Assembly (NCBI GenBank): GCA_963681965.1
Contig: OY820579.1
Coordinates: forward strand, 1,760,001-1,824,000
DNA length: 64,000 bases
Source: a bacterium
GTDB taxonomy: Bacteria; Electryoneota; JAOADG01
Reading direction: 5' to 3'
Position numbers and translations under genes: made by a program. The notes below the pieces were generated by a model. That model ran no database searches. It saw only the letters and a program-made list of their open reading frames with translations, and had not been told where the DNA came from. Below, in pieces: positions 9,869 through 20,581 of the stretch (positions are counted from its first letter, which is position 1; every line of letters begins with the position of its first letter).

Positions 9869-10632
9869 TTAAGTTGAAATCGCCCAAAGAGATCGATAAG
9901 ATCAGGAAGGCGAGTGTGATCGTCGCGGAAGCTTTGGATTTAGCTGCGACGATGATTGCGCCGGGTATTACGACCGGCGAAATTGATCGAGCGGTGGAAG
10001 CGTATATACGCTCCAGGAACGGTCGACCGGCATTTAAAGGGTATGGCGATCGCAGCCACCCCTTTCCGGCGGCAACATGCATCTCGATCGATGAAGAAGT
10101 TGTTCACGGGATTCCCGGACCCCGTCAATTGGAACCGGGAACGATTGTTGGAATTGACATTGGCGTAGAACTGGACGGTTATTTTGGCGACAGCGCACGT
10201 ACGTTCGCAGTTGGTGAAATCTCCGAAGAGAAACAACGCCTGATGACAGCAACCTTGGATGCGCTTGAGCTGGCTATCGCGGCTATTGTACCGAATGAAT
10301 CCCGATTATCCGATATCGGATACACGGTACAAAGTCGGGTTGAGCGTGAGGGGTTCAGTGTAGTACGAGATCTGGTCGGACATGGGATCGGCAAGCAGCT
10401 CCACGAGGAGCCGCAAGTTCCGAACTACGGCTCACCGGGTCGTGGTGTGGTTCTGAAGCCGGGGATGACTCTGGCGATAGAACCGATGATCAATGCCGGT
10501 ACTTACATGGTGAAAGTCCTACGGGACGGCTGGACGGTGGTAACTGCCGATGGCAAACCATCCGCCCATTTTGAGCATACAGTGGCGATCACTGAGACTG
10601 GTACGGTACGTCTGACAGTATCCGGTGAATAA
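9865..10632 (+). CDS. map: Type I methionyl aminopeptidase
   Basis: CISIDEEVVHGIP, DGYFGD, GHGIG..LHEEP, AIEPMIN, SAHFEHT. Confidence 0.99.
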   Translation: MIKLKSPKEIDKIRKASVIVAEALDLAATMIAPGITTGEIDRAVEAYIRSRNGRPAFKGYGDRSHPFPAATCISIDEEVVHGIPGPRQLEPGTIVGIDIGVELDGYFGDSARTFAVGEISEEKQRLMTATLDALELAIAAIVPNESRLSDIGYTVQSRVEREGFSVVRDLVGHGIGKQLHEEPQVPNYGSPGRGVVLKPGMTLAIEPMINAGTYMVKVLRDGWTVVTADGKPSAHFEHTVAITETGTVRLTVSGE

Positions 10633-10649
10633 GGGAGCGCTAAATAAGA

Positions 10650-10868
10650 ATGGGTAACGACGCTTCGATAAAGATGGATGGCGTGATAGTCGAGTCGTTG
10701 CCGAATGCGACGTTCCGGGTTGAACTTGAAAAAGGTCATATTGTTCTGGCGCATATTTCCGGTAAAATGAGGATGAATTTCATCAAAATTTTACCCGGCG
10801 ACAAAGTGACTGTCGAAATCAGCCCCTACGACTTGAAGCGCGGACGCATCATTTATCGATACAAGTGA
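10650..10868 (+). CDS. infA: Translation initiation factor IF-1
   Basis: [31 protein letters not shown]. Confidence 0.99.
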   Translation: MGNDASIKMDGVIVESLPNATFRVELEKGHIVLAHISGKMRMNFIKILPGDKVTVEISPYDLKRGRIIYRYK

Positions 10869-10884
10869 GGATTAAGGAGGAGTC

Positions 10885-11001
10885 ATGAAAGTTCGACCCT
10901 CGGTGAAAAAGATTTGCGACGCTTGCAAAATTATCAAGCGCAACGGTGTGGTGCGGGTCATCTGCTCCAAGAAGCCGAAGCATAAGCAGCGTCAAGGTTG
11001 A
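10885..11001 (+). CDS. rpmJ: 50S ribosomal protein L36 (38 aa; absent from the ORF track)
   Basis: Translated by hand: [38 protein letters not shown]; AAGGAGG SD. Confidence 0.98.
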   Translation: MKVRPSVKKICDACKIIKRNGVVRVICSKKPKHKQRQG

Positions 11002-11031
11002 TACATCGAAAGCAGTTAGAGAGGAGAAGTC

Positions 11032-11412
11032 GTGGCACGTATCGCGGGCGTAGATCTTCCACGCAATAAACGGATCGAAATCGCGTTGCGCTACATTTAC
11101 GGCATTGGGCCGTCGGTGGCGCGTAAGATCCTGGCGGATACCGGAGTCAATCCCGGCAAAAAAGCCGGTGATCTCAACGATGAGGAATTGAACAAGATCC
11201 GTAATGCGATCTCCGCAGAGTTTAAAGTAGAAGGCGCGTTGCGTTCGGAAGTTCAGATGAACATCAAACGATTGATGGACATCGCCTGTTACCGTGGATT
11301 GCGGCATCGCCGAGGTTTGCCGGTACGCGGGCAGAACACCAAGAACAATTCGCGAACCCGTAAAGGGAAGCGAAAGACCATCGCCGGCAAGGCTACGGCG
11401 CCGAAGAAGTAA
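11032..11412 (+). CDS. rpsM: 30S ribosomal protein S13
   Basis: [31 protein letters not shown]. Confidence 0.99.
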   Translation: MARIAGVDLPRNKRIEIALRYIYGIGPSVARKILADTGVNPGKKAGDLNDEELNKIRNAISAEFKVEGALRSEVQMNIKRLMDIACYRGLRHRRGLPVRGQNTKNNSRTRKGKRKTIAGKATAPKK

Positions 11413-11510
11413 ACATCGGTGCGTTCGTTCGACGGAGCTTACCCGGGTGATACCGGGAGCTGTCGAATTGTAATGTACGACAGTGAGTTGGCTGGTTAAG
11501 GAGCGAGTTC

Positions 11511-11900
11511 GTGGCAACTCCCAAAAAGAAAAAAACGAAGAAACGTGAGAAGGTGGAAGCCGCTGGTGCGGCTTTTATCCAGGCATCGTTCAATAACACG
11601 ATTATCACGTTGACCGATCAGTACGGCAACACGATTTCGTGGTCTTCCGCCGGTAAGATGGGCTTCCGCGGAAGTCGTAAGAATACACCGTTCGCCGCTC
11701 AACAAGCGGCGCAGCAGGCAGCGAAGACCGCGATCGATCTCGGACTTCGCAAGGTGGCGATTTCGGTGAAAGGACCGGGTGGCGGACGCGAATCGGCGGT
11801 ACGCGCATTGGCGGCTGCCGGGCTGCAGGTTTTGTCGATCGTAGATGTCACACCGTTGCCGCATAACGGTTGCCGACCCAAGAAACGTCGGCGCGTCTAA
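11511..11900 (+). CDS. rpsK: 30S ribosomal protein S11
   Basis: [30 protein letters not shown]. Confidence 0.99.
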   Translation: MATPKKKKTKKREKVEAAGAAFIQASFNNTIITLTDQYGNTISWSSAGKMGFRGSRKNTPFAAQQAAQQAAKTAIDLGLRKVAISVKGPGGGRESAVRALAAAGLQVLSIVDVTPLPHNGCRPKKRRRV

Positions 11901-11940
11901 CCATTATTTAATCGATTTGGATTACCCAGGAGTGTAACGA

Positions 11941-12579
11941 ATGGCAAGATATAGTGGTCCGGTATGCCGGATCTGCCGCCGTGAGGGAGAAAAACTATAT
12001 CTGAAGGGCGAGCGTTGCCTGACACCGAAGTGCGCATTCGAGCGGAAGGGATTTATTCCCGGTATGCACGGTCGCACACGTCGTGGCAAGCTGTCCGAGT
12101 ATGGGATTCAGCTGCGCGAAAAACAGAAGATCCGGCGGATGTACGGATTGCTGGAAGCACAGTTTCACGCTTTCTACGAGAAAGCGTTGGCGATGCCCGG
12201 CATCACCGCGTCGAATCTCATGGTTTTACTCGAATCGCGTCTTGACAATATCGTCTATCGGATGGGCTTTGCCTCGTCCCGGGCTGCGGCTCGTCAATTA
12301 GTGCGACACGGTCATTTTTCGGTCAATGGCAAACGGGTGGATATTCCATCGTACCGTTTATCGACCAACGATATAATCCGTGTTTCCGAAAACGAGCGAT
12401 CGCGAAAATTGCCGGCGATTCACGAGGCAATGAAGCGTGTCAATGTGTCCCGGCTGCCTACTTACGTTTCGCTTGATAAAGCGAAAATGGAAGGCACCTT
12501 TACCAAGCCGGAACGCACAGACATCCCCGAAACGATGAAATTGCGCGAACAGATGGTTGTGGAATTGTATTCCAAGTAA
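11941..12579 (+). CDS. rpsD: 30S ribosomal protein S4 (Zn-ribbon form)
   Basis: CRICRREG...C...C, QLREKQK, LESRLDNIVYR, VELYSK. Confidence 0.99.
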   Translation: MARYSGPVCRICRREGEKLYLKGERCLTPKCAFERKGFIPGMHGRTRRGKLSEYGIQLREKQKIRRMYGLLEAQFHAFYEKALAMPGITASNLMVLLESRLDNIVYRMGFASSRAAARQLVRHGHFSVNGKRVDIPSYRLSTNDIIRVSENERSRKLPAIHEAMKRVNVSRLPTYVSLDKAKMEGTFTKPERTDIPETMKLREQMVVELYSK

Positions 12580-12612
12580 TTTTCCAATCGCGAACTTAGC
12601 AACGAGGAACGA

Positions 12613-13599
12613 ATGAACGGACCGGGTTTAGTAATGCCGGAGCAGGTCGAACTTGACGAAACCAGTTATTCGTCGACGTTCGGTCGCTTCATCATTCAGC
12701 CCTTGGAACGCGGATACGGCGTAACGCTGGGGAACTCGCTTCGCCGAATGCTGCTCTCGTCAATTCCGGGTGCTGCGATTACGGCGATTCGAATCGACGG
12801 TGTGTTGCACGAATTTTCGACGATTCCGGGTGTAGCCGAAGATGTCGCAGAGATCGTGCTCAATCTGAAGCAGGTAAGGTTCAAGCTGTTGAACAAGAAG
12901 CCCGACCGGGTGGAATTGCAACTGCGTGGACCGGGTGTCTTCACTGCCGCCGATCTTCAACAGGGAACGACGGATTTCGAAGTATTGAATCCCGAACTTC
13001 ATATTGCGACTTTGAACGATCGCGCACGATTCGGAATTGAAATCACCATTCGACGCGGTCGCGGATATATCGCTGCCGAAGACAATCGGATGCAGGATAC
13101 GCCAATTGGCATGATCCCGATCGATTCCGTCTTCACGCCGATTCGCAATGTTGTTTACAAAGTCGAACAAACGCGCGTGGGTCAGCGCACCGATTACGAT
13201 AAGCTTATTCTCGAAGTGACAACCGACGGTTCGATCACTCCCGACGATGCAATATCGTACGCTGCGCAGTCGATGATGGATCACTTGCGGTTGTTTGTCG
13301 CATTCGATGTCGCGAATAAACCCGACGACAGCGATTTCGACGACGAAACTTTGCGAATTCGCAAAATATTAAAGAAACCGATCGAAGTATTGGAAATGCC
13401 GATTCGCGCTGCCAACTGTCTGCGTGAAATGCGAATCCGTACGATTGCCGACTTGGTTCGACGCGAAGAAGACGATCTGATGCGCGCACGGAATTTCGGT
13501 CGGAAGACTCTCGAAGAACTCCGCTCAATTCTGAGCAAGGATGGTCTCGAGTTCGGTATGGATGTCGAAAAGTTTCTACCCGAATATCGCTTACGGTAG
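12613..13599 (+). CDS. rpoA: DNA-directed RNA polymerase subunit alpha
   Basis: PLERGYGVTLGNSLRR, VLHEFSTIPGV, RVGQRTDYDKL, RNFGRK. Confidence 0.99.
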   Translation: MNGPGLVMPEQVELDETSYSSTFGRFIIQPLERGYGVTLGNSLRRMLLSSIPGAAITAIRIDGVLHEFSTIPGVAEDVAEIVLNLKQVRFKLLNKKPDRVELQLRGPGVFTAADLQQGTTDFEVLNPELHIATLNDRARFGIEITIRRGRGYIAAEDNRMQDTPIGMIPIDSVFTPIRNVVYKVEQTRVGQRTDYDKLILEVTTDGSITPDDAISYAAQSMMDHLRLFVAFDVANKPDDSDFDDETLRIRKILKKPIEVLEMPIRAANCLREMRIRTIADLVRREEDDLMRARNFGRKTLEELRSILSKDGLEFGMDVEKFLPEYRLR

Positions 13600-13672
13600 A
13601 TCGGCAAACGTTTTCTTAGATTGACGAACCGGGCTGTACTTGATCCCGGATTACGGATAAAGGTTAGTTATC

Positions 13673-14254
13673 ATGCGACACCTGAATGCGAAAGCATATT
13701 TGAACCGGTCGAAATCCCATCGCCGTGCATTAATGATGAATCTTGCTTTTGCGCTGTTCGAGCGCAAGCGCATCACCACTACTCTGGCAAAAGCCCGAGC
13801 GGCGCGTAGTTATGCCGAACGATTGATTACAAAAGCGCGGAAAGGCGATTTGGCTTCGCGACGATTGGTTCTGGCGGAAATTCCCAACAAGGAACTCGTC
13901 AAACATTTGTTCGAAGAGATTGCACCGCGATTCAAAGATCGTCCCGGCGGCTACACTAGAATCATCAAACTTGAAGTTCGTCCCGGCGATGCAGCACCGA
14001 TGGCGTATCTGGAATTGGTTGGCTACGATGAAGAAATCATGAAAGCCATTCAAGAACGTCTCGATGCCAAGGAAAAGATCAAGCAGGAAGAGAAGAAACC
14101 CGCGATGGCTCGTGGAAAAGTCGACAAATCGAAAGTCGAAACTACGTCCGACGTCGAAAAAGCTACTAAGAAGCGCTGGCCGCGAGGCAAGTGGCATCCG
14201 GGAGCCAAGAAGGGGAGTAAAAAGCAAGCATCTCCGTCTGCCGAGTCAAAATAA
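13673..14254 (+). CDS. rplQ: 50S ribosomal protein L17 with about 76-aa C-terminal extension
   Basis: MRH...[30 protein letters not shown]. Confidence 0.99.
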   Translation: MRHLNAKAYLNRSKSHRRALMMNLAFALFERKRITTTLAKARAARSYAERLITKARKGDLASRRLVLAEIPNKELVKHLFEEIAPRFKDRPGGYTRIIKLEVRPGDAAPMAYLELVGYDEEIMKAIQERLDAKEKIKQEEKKPAMARGKVDKSKVETTSDVEKATKKRWPRGKWHPGAKKGSKKQASPSAESK

Positions 14255-14277
14255 TTTAATAAGTTACATAGTTAATT

Positions 14278-14305
14278 AAAACAGCCTCTCGAGGCTGTTT
14301 TTTTT
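14278..14305 (+). terminator. Intrinsic terminator of the ribosomal superoperon
   Basis: AAAACAGCCT-CTCG-AGGCTGTTTT followed by further T's. Confidence 0.92.
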
Positions 14306-14391
14306 ATCATTTGTACAACTGCATTTTTTTTGTATATTACCCGTGAAACAATGAATAAAAGTATTGATAAATATTCTCGCACTGGTAATAA

Positions 14392-14742
14392 ATGCCTATA
14401 GAAATGGAAATTAGTGGTATAAAGTTTAATTGTTATCCGCTGTCCGAAGTGGACTTTGTAGACGCGCCTTCGGTCTATATGATTATCAATGTTGAGACGG
14501 ATGGTACCTGGAATGTTCTAGACATCAATGGTACCGGCACTTTCAAGAAGAGAATCTTGAATCATCCGCGACGAACTTTGTGGAAAGATCTCGGTGGACG
14601 TTTCACGAATCTTTGGATCTGTGTTGCGGTTTTAGATCCCATTTTATACTCTCGAGATGTTCGAGTCGATTTCGAAAAATCGTTAATCGAATTCTACAAT
14701 CCTCCGTGTAACCGATTATTTCCTACTCCCGAAGAATTCTGA
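14392..14742 (+). CDS. Small hypothetical protein, possibly GIY-YIG-like
   Basis: 116-aa ORF; pattern PSVYMII...KKRILNH...EKSLIEFYNPPCN resembles GIY-YIG motifs. Confidence 0.6.
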   Translation: MPIEMEISGIKFNCYPLSEVDFVDAPSVYMIINVETDGTWNVLDINGTGTFKKRILNHPRRTLWKDLGGRFTNLWICVAVLDPILYSRDVRVDFEKSLIEFYNPPCNRLFPTPEEF

Positions 14743-14878
14743 TTTACTTATCCCTTATCCAATTATTGATCACGATCATCCACTCATTCGTAAATTCGAT
14801 AGTATTCAAACTTCTGTTAGTTTTGATTGGCTTCGATTTGCCAATTTCATACGACTTCCATACGCCCCGGAATCTTGC

Positions 14879-15015
14879 TAAATTGAGAACTATAGTAATT
14901 CTTGAAAATTAATTGTCACGATATCGGTGTCAGATTTAGCTTAATCCGCAAGCACCCGAGGCAGTCCTTACTATCGATACCAACTGATTTTTAAGAACGA
15001 CTATAATTCAATTTA
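14879..15015. other. Long imperfect inverted repeat / stem-loop upstream of hutU
   Basis: Arm 14879-14915 is complementary to 14981-15015 (23/29 match in the core); inner stem 14922-14929/14972-14979. Confidence 0.7.
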
Positions 15016-15031
15016 ATGTATTGGAGCGACT

Positions 15032-16693
15032 GTGAATCTCCCCTTGACTTTTCCTCTGCGTGCGCCGCGTGGCTCGCAACTAAATGCGAAAGGCTGGTTG
15101 CAAGAAGCCGCCTTAAGAATGTTACTCAATAATCTTGATCCCGAAGTTGCCGAACGTCCTAACGATCTCGTCGTGTATGGTGGTCGCGGGAAAGCCGCGC
15201 GTTCGATACCGGCATTGAATGCGATTGTTCACGAGTTATTGAATCTCGAATCCGATCAAACGTTGCTGGTTCAATCCGGCAAACCGGTTGGTGTGGTGCA
15301 AACACACCCGGATGCTCCACGTGTCTTGATTGCAAATTCGAATCTAGTTCCCAATTGGTCGACCTGGGCGCATTTCGATGAATTAGACCGCAAAGGTCTG
15401 ATGATGTATGGTCAGATGACGGCAGGATCGTGGATCTATATCGGCACCCAGGGGATTTTGCAAGGGACATACGAAACCTTTGCCGCACAAGCGCGAAAAC
15501 ACTTCGGTGGTACTTTGAAAGGGCGTTGGGTCTTGACAGCAGGACTAGGTGGCATGGGTGGTGCGCAGCCACTGGCTGTGACGATGAACGATGGAGTCGC
15601 ACTTTGTATCGAAGTCGATCAAACGCGCATCGAGCGACGTTTGCAGACCCGATATCTCGATGAAACTGCTCCGAATCTGGATGCTGCCATTGCGCGTGTT
15701 AAACAGGCTGTTGCTGCCGGTGAAGCGGTTTCGATCGGACTGCTCGGCAATGCTGCCGACATCGTTCCGGAACTGTCGAAGCGGGGTTTCATACCCGACA
15801 GCGTTACCGATCAAACCAGTGCACACGATGAATTAAATGGCTACATCCCCAATGGCTTCTCTTTATCCGAAGCAGCAGCATTGCGCATTTCCAATCCAGA
15901 TCAATATCTCAAAGAATCGTTCCGAGCGATGGCAGAGCACTGCAACGGTATTCTATCATTGATGGATAAGGGTGCGATCGCTTTTGATTACGGCAATAAC
16001 TTGCGTGCGAAGGCAAAGCAGGGTGGTTGCGAACGGGCATTCGATTATCCCGGTTTTGTTCCTGCTTACATTCGACCGCTGTTTTGCGAAGGGAAGGGAC
16101 CGTTCCGTTGGGCAGCACTATCCGGAGATCCAGCCGATATCGCGACAACGGATCGAGCCGTGAGTGAGCTGTTTCCCGAAAATGAAAGTATGCAGCGTTG
16201 GATCAAATTGGCGCAAGAACGTGTCGCTTGGCAAGGGTTGCCATCGCGCATCTGCTGGCTTGGTTACAAAGAACGTCACTTAGCCGGTTTGAAATTCAAT
16301 GAATTGGTTGCAACCGGCAAAGTATCGGCACCGATCGTGATTGGTCGCGATCATCTCGATTGTGGTAGTGTCGCATCACCCTTCCGCGAAACCGAAGCGA
16401 TGAAAGACGGCAGCGACGCAGTTTCCGATTGGGCACTGTTGAATGCGCTGGTCAATACAGCATCCGGTGCAACTTGGGTTAGTTTCCATCATGGTGGTGG
16501 TGTTGGTATGGGCTTCAGTCAACATGCCGGACAGGTAATCGTTGCCGATGGTACGCCGGAAGCAGCAAAGCGACTGGAGCGAGTTCTGACCAACGATCCA
16601 TTGATGGGTGTGTTGCGTCATGTCGATGCTGGCTATGACGAAGCAATCGCCTGTGCAAAGAAATTCGATGTGAATATCCCGATGGCGAAATAG
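15032..16693 (+). CDS. hutU: Urocanate hydratase
   Basis: [58 protein letters not shown]. Confidence 0.99.
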   Translation: MNLPLTFPLRAPRGSQLNAKGWLQEAALRMLLNNLDPEVAERPNDLVVYGGRGKAARSIPALNAIVHELLNLESDQTLLVQSGKPVGVVQTHPDAPRVLIANSNLVPNWSTWAHFDELDRKGLMMYGQMTAGSWIYIGTQGILQGTYETFAAQARKHFGGTLKGRWVLTAGLGGMGGAQPLAVTMNDGVALCIEVDQTRIERRLQTRYLDETAPNLDAAIARVKQAVAAGEAVSIGLLGNAADIVPELSKRGFIPDSVTDQTSAHDELNGYIPNGFSLSEAAALRISNPDQYLKESFRAMAEHCNGILSLMDKGAIAFDYGNNLRAKAKQGGCERAFDYPGFVPAYIRPLFCEGKGPFRWAALSGDPADIATTDRAVSELFPENESMQRWIKLAQERVAWQGLPSRICWLGYKERHLAGLKFNELVATGKVSAPIVIGRDHLDCGSVASPFRETEAMKDGSDAVSDWALLNALVNTASGATWVSFHHGGGVGMGFSQHAGQVIVADGTPEAAKRLERVLTNDPLMGVLRHVDAGYDEAIACAKKFDVNIPMAK

Positions 16694-16696
16694 CTC

Positions 16697-17170
16697 ATGA
16701 TGCGACGCGGAGCACCAGGACCACAGTTACCGGGCGATCAGCAAACACTGAAAATCCTATTCGACCAATTTCCGGTCGACACCAAGGGTGATACGGATAT
16801 TATCGATGTCACCTTCGATGTACAACGGCTCGTCCAAAAAGCGGGTGTCATTTACGGAATGGCGAATGTATTTGTCGGTGGTTCCACCGCCGCAATCACT
16901 ACGATTGAATTTGAACCGGGATTGATCAAGGATTTTAAAACCGCACTCGAGCGAATCTACCCGAAGAACATTCCCTATTCGCACGATGCCGCGTGGGGTG
17001 ATGAAAACGGGTATGCTCACGTTCGTGCAAGTATGATCGGTGCTTCGATTTCGATCCCGATCCATCACGGGAAAATGGTGTTAGGCACTTGGCAGCAAAT
17101 TGTGGTCATCGATTTCGACAATCGTCCGCGACGCCGCGAAATCATTGTCCAATCGGTAGGTGTGGGTTGA
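16697..17170 (+). CDS. yjbQ: YjbQ/UPF0047 family protein (secondary thiamine-phosphate synthase family)
   Basis: GSTAAITTIEFEPGL, NGYAHVRAS, LGTWQQI..DFDNRPRRR; true start may be downstream. Confidence 0.9.
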   Translation: MMRRGAPGPQLPGDQQTLKILFDQFPVDTKGDTDIIDVTFDVQRLVQKAGVIYGMANVFVGGSTAAITTIEFEPGLIKDFKTALERIYPKNIPYSHDAAWGDENGYAHVRASMIGASISIPIHHGKMVLGTWQQIVVIDFDNRPRRREIIVQSVGVG

Positions 17171-17222
17171 TAAATTCCCGTTATAGAACATTGATCTTTA
17201 GCCTGAAATTGGCATTTTGAAT

Positions 17223-17290
17223 GGTACATTCATCCGTGTCTGATCGGGACTATATTTCAAGCTTTCCCATGACCAGAACAATGAATGACC
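17223..17290 (+). promoter_or_regulatory. Long imperfect hairpin upstream of the methylmalonyl-CoA mutase gene
   Basis: Nested pairs GGT/ACC, CATTCAT/ATGAATG, TCTGATC/GACCAGA, GGGA/TCCC. Confidence 0.55.
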
Positions 17291-17314
17291 GATAACGACT
17301 GTACTGGAGGAGTT

Positions 17315-18943
17315 GTGAGTACCGCACAAGAGAACTGGAAAAAGAAAGTTCTCAAAGAAATCAGCAAGAAGCCGGAACGCAAGGAAAAGTTTGAACTGGA
17401 CTCCGGTATTGAAGTAGATCGTCTGTATTTTCCGAAAGCGACCGACGAACAATACGAAGAAAAACTCGGTTATCCCGGCGAATATCCTTATACCCGTGGC
17501 GTCTATCCGACGATGTACCGGGGTAAGCTTTGGACGATGCGGCAATATGCCGGATTTGCCACTGCCGAGGAATCGAACAAGCGCTACCGGATGTTGCTCG
17601 ATAAAGGTACAACCGGATTATCCGTCGCATTCGATCTGCCCACGCAGATGGGTTACGACAGCGATCATCCGATGGCTCGCGGTGAAGTTGGAAAAGTAGG
17701 CGTTGCAATCGACACGCTCGCTGATATGGAAACGTTGTTCGATAACATCCCATTGGAAAAAGTATCGACCTCGATGACGATCAATGCTACCGCCGCAATC
17801 CTATTGGCAATGTATTGCGCTGTCGCAAAGAAGCAGGGTGCCGATTTAAAGAAGCTCTCCGGAACGATTCAGAACGACCTACTCAAAGAGTATATCGCTC
17901 GCGGAACCTATATCTATCCTCCAGCGGCATCGATGAAGATCATCACCGATATTTTCGCATGGTGTGCCAGTGAAGTACCGTCCTGGAATACCATTTCCAT
18001 TTCCGGTTACCATATCCGCGAAGCCGGTTCTACCGCGGTTCAGGAAGTAGCATTCACACTGGCAAATGCGATCGCATATGTCGAATCGGCAATTGCCGCC
18101 GGACTCGATATCGATGATTTTGCCCCGCGACTGGCATTCTTCTTCAATGCGCACAATAACCTCTTCGAAGAAGTCGCGAAATTCCGGGCTGCGCGACGGT
18201 TGTATGCTAAAATCATGCGCGAGCGGTTTGGTTCGAAGTCGGAGAAATCCTGGACACTCCGCTTCCACACGCAGACTGCAGGCTGTACACTGCAAGCACA
18301 ACAACCCTACGTAAACCTGCTGCGAGTGACGGTTCAAGCTCTGTCAGCGGTTCTAGGCGGAACACAATCATTGCACACCAACAGTTTCGATGAAGCCTTG
18401 GCACTACCCACCGATGAAAGTGTGACGCTTGCACTCCGAACTCAACAAGTACTCGGATATGAGTCCGGTGTGACGGAGACCATTGACCCATTGGCAGGGA
18501 GTTACTATGTTGAAGCGTTAACCGATGAGATTGAACGGAGAGCTGCCGAATATATCAAGAAGATCGATGAGATGGGTGGATCGGTAAAAGCAATCGAACG
18601 CGGTTTCTTCCAAGACGAAATTGCGACCGCATCTTACGCATATCAACAAGCAATCGAACACAATGAGAAAATTGTCGTTGGCGTAAATCAGTATCGAGAG
18701 AAAGAACGCGCCTTGCCACCGGTTCTGAAAGTAACCGAAGAGCAGGAACTTCGACAGGTGGATCGTTGCAAGCAGACCAAAACAACACGCGATAACAACG
18801 CTGTAACCGAACGATTAGCGAAGATATCGCAAGTCGCGTTAACTGATGAAAACATTATTCCGCACATTGTCGCAGCAGTGGAAGTATACGCATCGGTCGG
18901 TGAAATATCTGACGCGCTTAGAAAAGTCTACGGGGAGTATTGA
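17315..18943 (+). CDS. Methylmalonyl-CoA mutase, substrate-binding large subunit (no B12-binding domain)
   Basis: [53 protein letters not shown]; the Tyr of RQYAG and the Arg fit methylmalonyl-CoA specificity; GTG start after GGAGG. Confidence 0.95.
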   Translation: MSTAQENWKKKVLKEISKKPERKEKFELDSGIEVDRLYFPKATDEQYEEKLGYPGEYPYTRGVYPTMYRGKLWTMRQYAGFATAEESNKRYRMLLDKGTTGLSVAFDLPTQMGYDSDHPMARGEVGKVGVAIDTLADMETLFDNIPLEKVSTSMTINATAAILLAMYCAVAKKQGADLKKLSGTIQNDLLKEYIARGTYIYPPAASMKIITDIFAWCASEVPSWNTISISGYHIREAGSTAVQEVAFTLANAIAYVESAIAAGLDIDDFAPRLAFFFNAHNNLFEEVAKFRAARRLYAKIMRERFGSKSEKSWTLRFHTQTAGCTLQAQQPYVNLLRVTVQALSAVLGGTQSLHTNSFDEALALPTDESVTLALRTQQVLGYESGVTETIDPLAGSYYVEALTDEIERRAAEYIKKIDEMGGSVKAIERGFFQDEIATASYAYQQAIEHNEKIVVGVNQYREKERALPPVLKVTEEQELRQVDRCKQTKTTRDNNAVTERLAKISQVALTDENIIPHIVAAVEVYASVGEISDALRKVYGEY

Positions 18944-19791
18944 TGCAAACATCGACCGGTCTCACTGTTACCACTCCCAATCTGAGTGAAACGGTACTGG
19001 GTGCAACCGAACAGCAATGGATGGGATCATTGCGCGAAGAATACGATAGTATCGATTCGACGCAACTTCGGGCAGTAGATTTACTTCGTAACGGTGTAAT
19101 CGGTGCGGTGGTCACATCGCGAAAGCAAACTGAAGGGCGCGGTCGGATGGGGCGATCGTTCTGGTCGCCCGATTCGATCGGGTTGTATGTCTCAGTCACA
19201 CTTCCACCACCGAAAATTAAAGAACGATTCCCACTCTTATCGTTATGGGCGGGTGTCACTACTTTACGAGCAGTACGTGAAGGTGGTGTGATTCTTAGTT
19301 CCATTCCGATTAATCTGACGAAACGTCTGTCGTTGAAATGGCCCAACGATGTCCTTCTCGATGGTCGGAAGTTAGCCGGTATTCTGTTGACCGGAGTATC
19401 TGCCGGATCCGATATGGTTGGTGCTGTGCTCGGTATCGGTATCAATTTAAATGTCGATAAAACACAATTTCCCGAAGAAATCCGATCGACTGCGACGTCG
19501 ATAAAAATGGCAACCGGACATGAATGGGATCGCTTGCTCTTTCTTTCGCACCTACTTACAGTCATCGAGCGAATGTGGAATCAGCTCAATGAACCTCCCG
19601 ATCAATTATTAGCTGAATGGTTGCGATGGGGTCCACAAATTGGTCAGTCACTATCGGTTCGCGATATTGATAAATATCTTGAAGGGAAATTTGCCGGATT
19701 AACTTGCTCCGGAGAATTGGTGCTCGAACTAGCGGATGGTAGTAAACGGAATATAATGTCGGGTATCGTTGAATACTTGGAATTCGAGTAA
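18943..19791 (+). CDS. birA: Biotin-[acetyl-CoA-carboxylase] ligase without N-terminal HTH
   Basis: QTEGRGRMGRSF, LKWPNDV, GRKLAGIL, GIGINLN. Confidence 0.95.
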   Translation: MQTSTGLTVTTPNLSETVLGATEQQWMGSLREEYDSIDSTQLRAVDLLRNGVIGAVVTSRKQTEGRGRMGRSFWSPDSIGLYVSVTLPPPKIKERFPLLSLWAGVTTLRAVREGGVILSSIPINLTKRLSLKWPNDVLLDGRKLAGILLTGVSAGSDMVGAVLGIGINLNVDKTQFPEEIRSTATSIKMATGHEWDRLLFLSHLLTVIERMWNQLNEPPDQLLAEWLRWGPQIGQSLSVRDIDKYLEGKFAGLTCSGELVLELADGSKRNIMSGIVEYLEFE

Positions 19792-19794
19792 GCG

Positions 19795-20559
19795 ATGAGT
19801 TTTCTGGCAATCGATATCGGCAATACGAATATTACCTTCGGAATTCTCGAAGCAGGTAATTCAGTCGCGGAAGCACGCATTGCAACCAAAACACCGCGAA
19901 CCTCCGATGAAATTCGCTGGCAACTGAATCATTTCCTGCACGATTTCGAAAGCAGCAGTAAGATCGAAGCGGCGGGCATTGCCTCAGTAGTCTTTGATAA
20001 AACTCCACTCGTTCATCGTGCTGTCCAAGACGCTCTGCCTGAGATCCAGTGCGATATCGTCGGTAAAACCGTCTTCCCGAAAATCACGATTACTTATGAT
20101 CCCCCATCGGCGGTCGGTGTTGACCGGTTGTGCAATGTCATTGCCGGTATGCGACGGTGGGGAACACCACTCATCATCGTCGATTTTGGCACGGCTACTA
20201 CGATCGATGCAGTTGATTCTGAAGGTATCTATCTTGGTGGCGCAATAGCACCCGGAATCGAGACATCGTTACAAGCGCTCGCACTAAATGCCGCACAATT
20301 GTATTCGATCGCGCTAGAGTTGCCACCATCACCGATCGGTCGCAATACCGCCGATGCGATGCGGAGTGGGTTGTTATGGGGAGCGCTGGGAGCTGTCGAT
20401 AGTCTGGCGATGAAATTCGCAATGGAAATTGGTGGAGCGCCACGGGTTGTAGCAACCGGCGGGCTGGCACCGATTCTATGCCCACATTCATTAATTATTT
20501 CGGAATATGTGCCCGGATTAGTTTTGGAAGGGATCGAATTGATCTGCCGGGAAAACTGA
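19795..20559 (+). CDS. coaX: Type III pantothenate kinase
   Basis: LAIDIGNTN, GVDR, VDFGTATTID, GGAIAPG, ATGG. Confidence 0.96.
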   Translation: MSFLAIDIGNTNITFGILEAGNSVAEARIATKTPRTSDEIRWQLNHFLHDFESSSKIEAAGIASVVFDKTPLVHRAVQDALPEIQCDIVGKTVFPKITITYDPPSAVGVDRLCNVIAGMRRWGTPLIIVDFGTATTIDAVDSEGIYLGGAIAPGIETSLQALALNAAQLYSIALELPPSPIGRNTADAMRSGLLWGALGAVDSLAMKFAMEIGGAPRVVATGGLAPILCPHSLIISEYVPGLVLEGIELICREN

Positions 20560-20581
20560 CTATGCAAATGTTTGTACTGAA

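Noticed and set aside
214-14227. Many minus-strand and alternative-frame ORFs over the ribosomal operon (e.g. 377-949, 5130-5726, 10849-11517)
   Set aside because: They are shadows of highly conserved, codon-biased genes and show no recognisable motifs
14825-14845. ATTGGC-TTCGATT-TGCCAAT as a sigma-54 promoter
   Set aside because: GG-to-GC spacing is 9 nt rather than the required 10; it is only a short palindrome
14879-15015. Integron attC site or 6S RNA interpretation of the inverted repeat
   Set aside because: No RYYYAAC/GTTRRRY ends and no integrase; no large central bubble typical of 6S RNA
17171-17314. Cobalamin riboswitch upstream of the mutase
   Set aside because: No B12-box or other conserved cobalamin riboswitch motifs visible
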